64,000 nucleotides of DNA from Candidatus Poribacteria bacterium (GTDB taxonomy: Bacteria > Poribacteria > WGA-4E > WGA-3G): contig OZ244048.1 of assembly GCA_965215265.1 (NCBI GenBank), positions 4,576,001 to 4,640,000 on the forward strand. The letters are read 5' to 3'. Under the pieces are notes generated by a model. It was given only the letters and a program-made list of their open reading frames with translations. It made no database searches and was not told where the DNA came from. This document shows positions 60,532 through 64,000 of the stretch, piece by piece; within the stretch, counting starts at the first letter, position 1, and each line of letters starts with the position of its first letter. Both the position numbers and the translations under genes were made by a program.

Positions 60532-60574
60532 AACCAGGGGCAGCCACGCTCACATGGCTGCCCCTGGTTTTTTT
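60532..60574 (+). terminator. Intrinsic terminator (repeated element, copy 3)
   Basis: CCAGGGGCAGCCA-loop-TGGCTGCCCCTGG followed by T7. Confidence 0.85.
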
Positions 60575-60672
60575 GCTTTGGATAGATGGTTCTGCTTTTG
60601 TGCCGGAAAATCCGATGCCCTGGTGCGAGTCAAAACACGCTCCGTTTTCGCACCGGGGCTCCAAAAAAAGGG

Positions 60673-60832
60673 TTGACAACATAAAAGCGAGGCTGCTATA
60701 CTAGAAATAAAGAGAGTGCTGGTGGCAGCTGACAACCACACCGACATGTAGCAGACGACGCGGTTGAGAGGACATCTGAGTGCGGATGGAAAACTCACCG
60801 AACGGTGGACAACACTCAAGGCGCAAGAGTAA
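60673..60832 (+). other. Third, 'empty' unit: promoter + last codons of the Rpn-like gene + TAG + tail C
   Basis: TTGACA-N18-TATACT at 60673-60702; ...AADNHTDM* ends at 60751; QTTRLRGHLSADGKLTERWTTLKAQE* at 60752-60832. Confidence 0.75.
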
Positions 60833-60891
60833 GCGTGCGGATGAGTTTGTCTCAACCTAACCTCAATAGGGGACGCTCCTCTCCGGAGCGC

Positions 60892-60990
60892 ACAGTGCTA
60901 AGCAACTTCTCTTTTGATGCCAATGGCGACGCGATTTACGACCCGGTTATCCTCAACGTTAAGCATCGCAAATTTCAGGTCTTCGAGTAG
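60892..60990 (+). pseudogene. 3' fragment of a probable branched-chain amino acid-type ABC substrate-binding protein gene
   Basis: TVLSNFSFDANGDAIYDPVILNVKHRKFQVFE* resembles the FDxNGD C-terminus of LivJ-like proteins. Confidence 0.5.
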
Positions 60991-61153
60991 GGTGCTTACG
61001 GGCTACCTCCGCCGTGCCTCCCCGCAGAAGTCTCCCTCAAGATTCGCAGCGACGATGTGCTAACGAAATAGCCCTATTCACAAACACTTCGCAAGTTTGA
61101 CACAGTTTCCAATTTATGCTAAAATTGTTAATAAACTTAAGGAGGAGTATCAA

Positions 61154-61963
61154 ATGCACGGAAATCTAAAAGGTACCGGTTATAAATTCACATGGCTTAT
61201 CTTAGTCCTTTCAGCCGTGTGTCTGTTCGCTGTCAGTTTGACTCACGCAGTTGAAGAAGAGGACATCCTTGTTTACTACTCGTTTGACAAACTCAATGGG
61301 AAGGTCTTTCCAGATGACTCTGGTAATGGGAACGATGCCGAGCTCGTTGGCAAGGGTTCTCTGGTTGATGGACAATTCAAAAAAGCGGTTCATCTAAGCG
61401 GTGGCGGCATTGTCCAAATGAGCCCCGCCAATGATTTTATTGTACCGATTGGCGAGAACGGCGAGATTACGATGGAGGCCTGGTTTTACCTGAATGAACA
61501 CGCCTCGTACGATGGGATTATCTCTATTGAGGCTGCTGCCGGCGGGTGTTGCGAATTCCGGACTATGGTAGACCCCGATTTTAACCCGTTTTGGGATGCT
61601 GGACACCATGCTGATAAACAGTTGGCAAATTTCCAATTTGAATTGGACGAATGGTACCACTACGTACTGGTTGCAGATGGCAAGGACGGCAAAATCTACG
61701 TCAACGGCGAGTTTATCGGGGAGCAGCCTGAGAATTTTAAGTGGCCGGAGTTCAAAGAGGCGGCGATTTACATCGGGGCCGGGGAAAACCCGACGCTCCA
61801 TAAGGTGGAGGACGCAATTATTGATGAGGTGGTTATCTACGCAAAAGCTTTGACCTTGGCGGAGATTCGCGAATCTATGGAATTGAGCATCCCAGGCGTG
61901 CTGGCTGTGGATGCACGCGATAAGTTGACAACCACTTGGGGAGACCTGAAAGACAGTTTTTAA
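61154..61963 (+). CDS. Secreted LamG-like jellyroll protein with C-terminal VDARDKLTTTWGDLK motif
   Basis: YYSFD, DDSGNGND, WYHYV, IYVNG and IIDEVVIY motifs; signal peptide ending THA; GGAGGAG RBS. Confidence 0.85.
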   Translation: MHGNLKGTGYKFTWLILVLSAVCLFAVSLTHAVEEEDILVYYSFDKLNGKVFPDDSGNGNDAELVGKGSLVDGQFKKAVHLSGGGIVQMSPANDFIVPIGENGEITMEAWFYLNEHASYDGIISIEAAAGGCCEFRTMVDPDFNPFWDAGHHADKQLANFQFELDEWYHYVLVADGKDGKIYVNGEFIGEQPENFKWPEFKEAAIYIGAGENPTLHKVEDAIIDEVVIYAKALTLAEIRESMELSIPGVLAVDARDKLTTTWGDLKDSF

Positions 61964-62037
61964 TTTCAATCGACGGACGAGACGGGACTGCTACCGTCTC
62001 GTTTCCAATAAAATTTGAGCACAAATAAGGATCGGAT

Positions 62038-62433
62038 ATGAAACTCGGTTTTTTATCAAAAATTTTTGAAGGTGCCTTGAGCATCGAAAAAACCTACAAC
62101 GAATGCGACAAAGCACTCAGCGAATTGAGGGTATACAATCAGAACCGTCAGAAGGGACAGCTTCCGACAGAGAAAAAGGAGGCGTTGGATGCCGTTGTCA
62201 ACACTGCACTTGAGAACGCAAACCGCATTCTCAGCAAGGAGGGCGAGCGGAATTGGCCGGGCGTGTTCCGGGAAATGCACAAAAATTTAGCCGACATCTA
62301 TTTGGAACTAGATCAGTACGACAAGGTTCGCGAGGCTTGTGAACGGTTGCAAGACTATGGTACGACTGGCAAACAGGATGCGGATGCTGTGATGCAGAAT
62401 CTCAAGGAGAAAGAGGGAAACGCCTCTGAATAA
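62038..62433 (+). CDS. Hypothetical helical (TPR-like) protein
   Basis: 131-aa ORF with AAGGA RBS; HKNLADIYLELDQYDK is TPR-like. Confidence 0.6.
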   Translation: MKLGFLSKIFEGALSIEKTYNECDKALSELRVYNQNRQKGQLPTEKKEALDAVVNTALENANRILSKEGERNWPGVFREMHKNLADIYLELDQYDKVREACERLQDYGTTGKQDADAVMQNLKEKEGNASE

Positions 62434-62579
62434 ACTCGTACGCCTATTGTAGCGGAAACTGTTTGGAATCGTGCTGTTCTTGAAAGCTGCATTCAAAGCC
62501 TCTGGTGAGATTTTTTACGCCTGCAATCGTGCCTGAAATCTTCCGCTGCTTAGTCCTTCCCATACACGAAGAGTGAAAA

Positions 62580-64000
62580 ATGCAGTTTCTCAATCCTTCC
62601 GGGTTTTATCTCCTCTTTACGATTCCGCTTGTAGTAGCACTACACTTTCTGAAGTTGCGTCGGCAAACCTACCTAGTGCCCAGTCTCATGCTGTGGCGCT
62701 CTGCTGCTGAAGATCGAAAGGCCAACGTTCCGTTTCAGCGCCTCCGGAACTACCTGCCTCTGTTGTTACAAGTCCTATTTCTGATACTGCTCACGTTAAG
62801 TGTTGCGCGCCCTGTGCTTTATCGTCCTGGATTCATGCAGGGGAAAGCGATTCTAATTATTGACAATTCCGCCAGTATGCAGTCCACGGAGATGGGGAAA
62901 ACCCGCCTAGAATTGGCCAAGGAGGAGGCGCTCCGGCTCATCCGAGATGTTTCAGCAAGCGGCGGCATGATGGTATTGGTAACACAGGCTGCCGAAAACT
63001 ATATTCAACAAGCCTTCACAACCGATGCCGAAAAATTGCACCAAGCCGTAAAAAACATAGCCCCTACCGATGCAGTCAGCAGTTTGGGACCTGCGTTTGA
63101 TGCTGTAGCACACTACGCCGATTCAACGCAAGACCGCGTCTTCTTCATCAGTGATAGTTTCCACAATCTTCCGGAGATCGCTCTACCGCTCCATAAGATT
63201 GGTGTCGGCAGCGAAGCAGAGAATGTAGGCATCGTGCAGTTCCGTTTGGAATTGGAAGCGCAAGAGTATTTGGTGCTAATCAGCATTCACAATTGGACCG
63301 ATACCCTCATAGAACTTAACGTAGCCTTAAAAGTAGAAGGGAATCTGCTTGATGAAAAACCGGAACCAGTTCCTGTGCCTGCGGGCAAAACCCAGCCTGT
63401 TCTGTTTTCTGGGGATGCTACCGGCTTAGAAGGTTTGGTTATCAGTGCGCACCTTGAGGTAGTAGATGACTTTCTGCTTGATAATACCGCCTCAGCACTC
63501 CTGCTTACACAACCTCCGTTTCAGATTGAGTTAGTCAGCAATCGGGAACATCCGTTATTGATACCGCTTTTGAGAACGTACGGCAGCCATGTGAAGCTGC
63601 GTCGAGTCTTTACCGGGGCCTATCACGGAAGCGGTGAAACAGATGTCACTATTTTTGACCAGTTTGCTCCAGATACTGTTCCGATGGGAGCTGTCATCTT
63701 TCTCAATCCAACTGTTGTAGAAGACGGTTACCTGCTTGCGCCTAACGTTAACGTTGTTGAAACGGAGACACGCCGCACACCTACTAAACCAGATGGGCAC
63801 GGGGGAACAACGCAATTACAGACAACTGCCAGAAAATCTGTTCAGGTTATTGAGCAGGATAAAACGCATCCGGTTATGAGAGGGATATCGCTGATAGGGG
63901 TGCCGCTAAGCCGAGCAGAGGCTCGCGAATTACCGAACTGGGCTCGTTCTCTAGTTGAAACTGAGAAGGGTTCACTGATATGGCTCGGTAACGATGTCGG
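62580..64000 (+). CDS. BatA-domain + VWA domain protein (runs off the window end)
   Basis: MQFLNPSG...PLVVALHFLKLRR..VPSLMLW; IIDNSASM MIDAS motif; absent from the ORF track, consistent with no stop before the window end. Confidence 0.8.
   Translation, partial: MQFLNPSGFYLLFTIPLVVALHFLKLRRQTYLVPSLMLWRSAAEDRKANVPFQRLRNYLPLLLQVLFLILLTLSVARPVLYRPGFMQGKAILIIDNSASMQSTEMGKTRLELAKEEALRLIRDVSASGGMMVLVTQAAENYIQQAFTTDAEKLHQAVKNIAPTDAVSSLGPAFDAVAHYADSTQDRVFFISDSFHNLPEIALPLHKIGVGSEAENVGIVQFRLELEAQEYLVLISIHNWTDTLIELNVALKVEGNLLDEKPEPVPVPAGKTQPVLFSGDATGLEGLVISAHLEVVDDFLLDNTASALLLTQPPFQIELVSNREHPLLIPLLRTYGSHVKLRRVFTGAYHGSGETDVTIFDQFAPDTVPMGAVIFLNPTVVEDGYLLAPNVNVVETETRRTPTKPDGHGGTTQLQTTARKSVQVIEQDKTHPVMRGISLIGVPLSRAEARELPNWARSLVETEKGSLIWLGNDV

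Overview
Bacterial chromosomal window from a diderm, LPS-producing organism. It is probably Candidatus Poribacteria; this is an inference from PhyH and PhyH-HEAT genes, internalin-type LRR proteins and a LamG protein ending in the ...KLTTTWGDLK motif. Most of the window is housekeeping or metabolic: folD, lpxL-lptCAB-rpoN-hpf, valS, nadB, gatB, an expanded pst/pho locus, oxidoreductases and peptidases. The most unusual feature is a module present twice in opposite orientation (about 16.27-19.22 kb minus strand, 57.58-60.57 kb plus strand), plus a third, nearly empty unit (60.67-60.83 kb). Each full copy consists of: a shared leader; a secreted LRR gene put out of frame by a poly-C tract (C9 in one copy, C7 in the other; C8 restores both); a TAA-rich pentamer run and terminator; a sigma70 promoter; an Rpn-like PD-(D/E)XK gene with an internal RBS/ATG and variable C-terminal repeats; and a TAG stop followed in frame by a 26-codon tail. 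The tail is conserved at the protein level (mostly synonymous changes) and encodes the same KLxxxWxxLK motif that ends the secreted LamG protein. Also present: two decayed restriction-modification loci, an approximately 87-aa insertion in sigma54, and three divergent PstB paralogues with a K+ channel inside the pst operon. All family assignments come from motif recognition by eye, not database searches.
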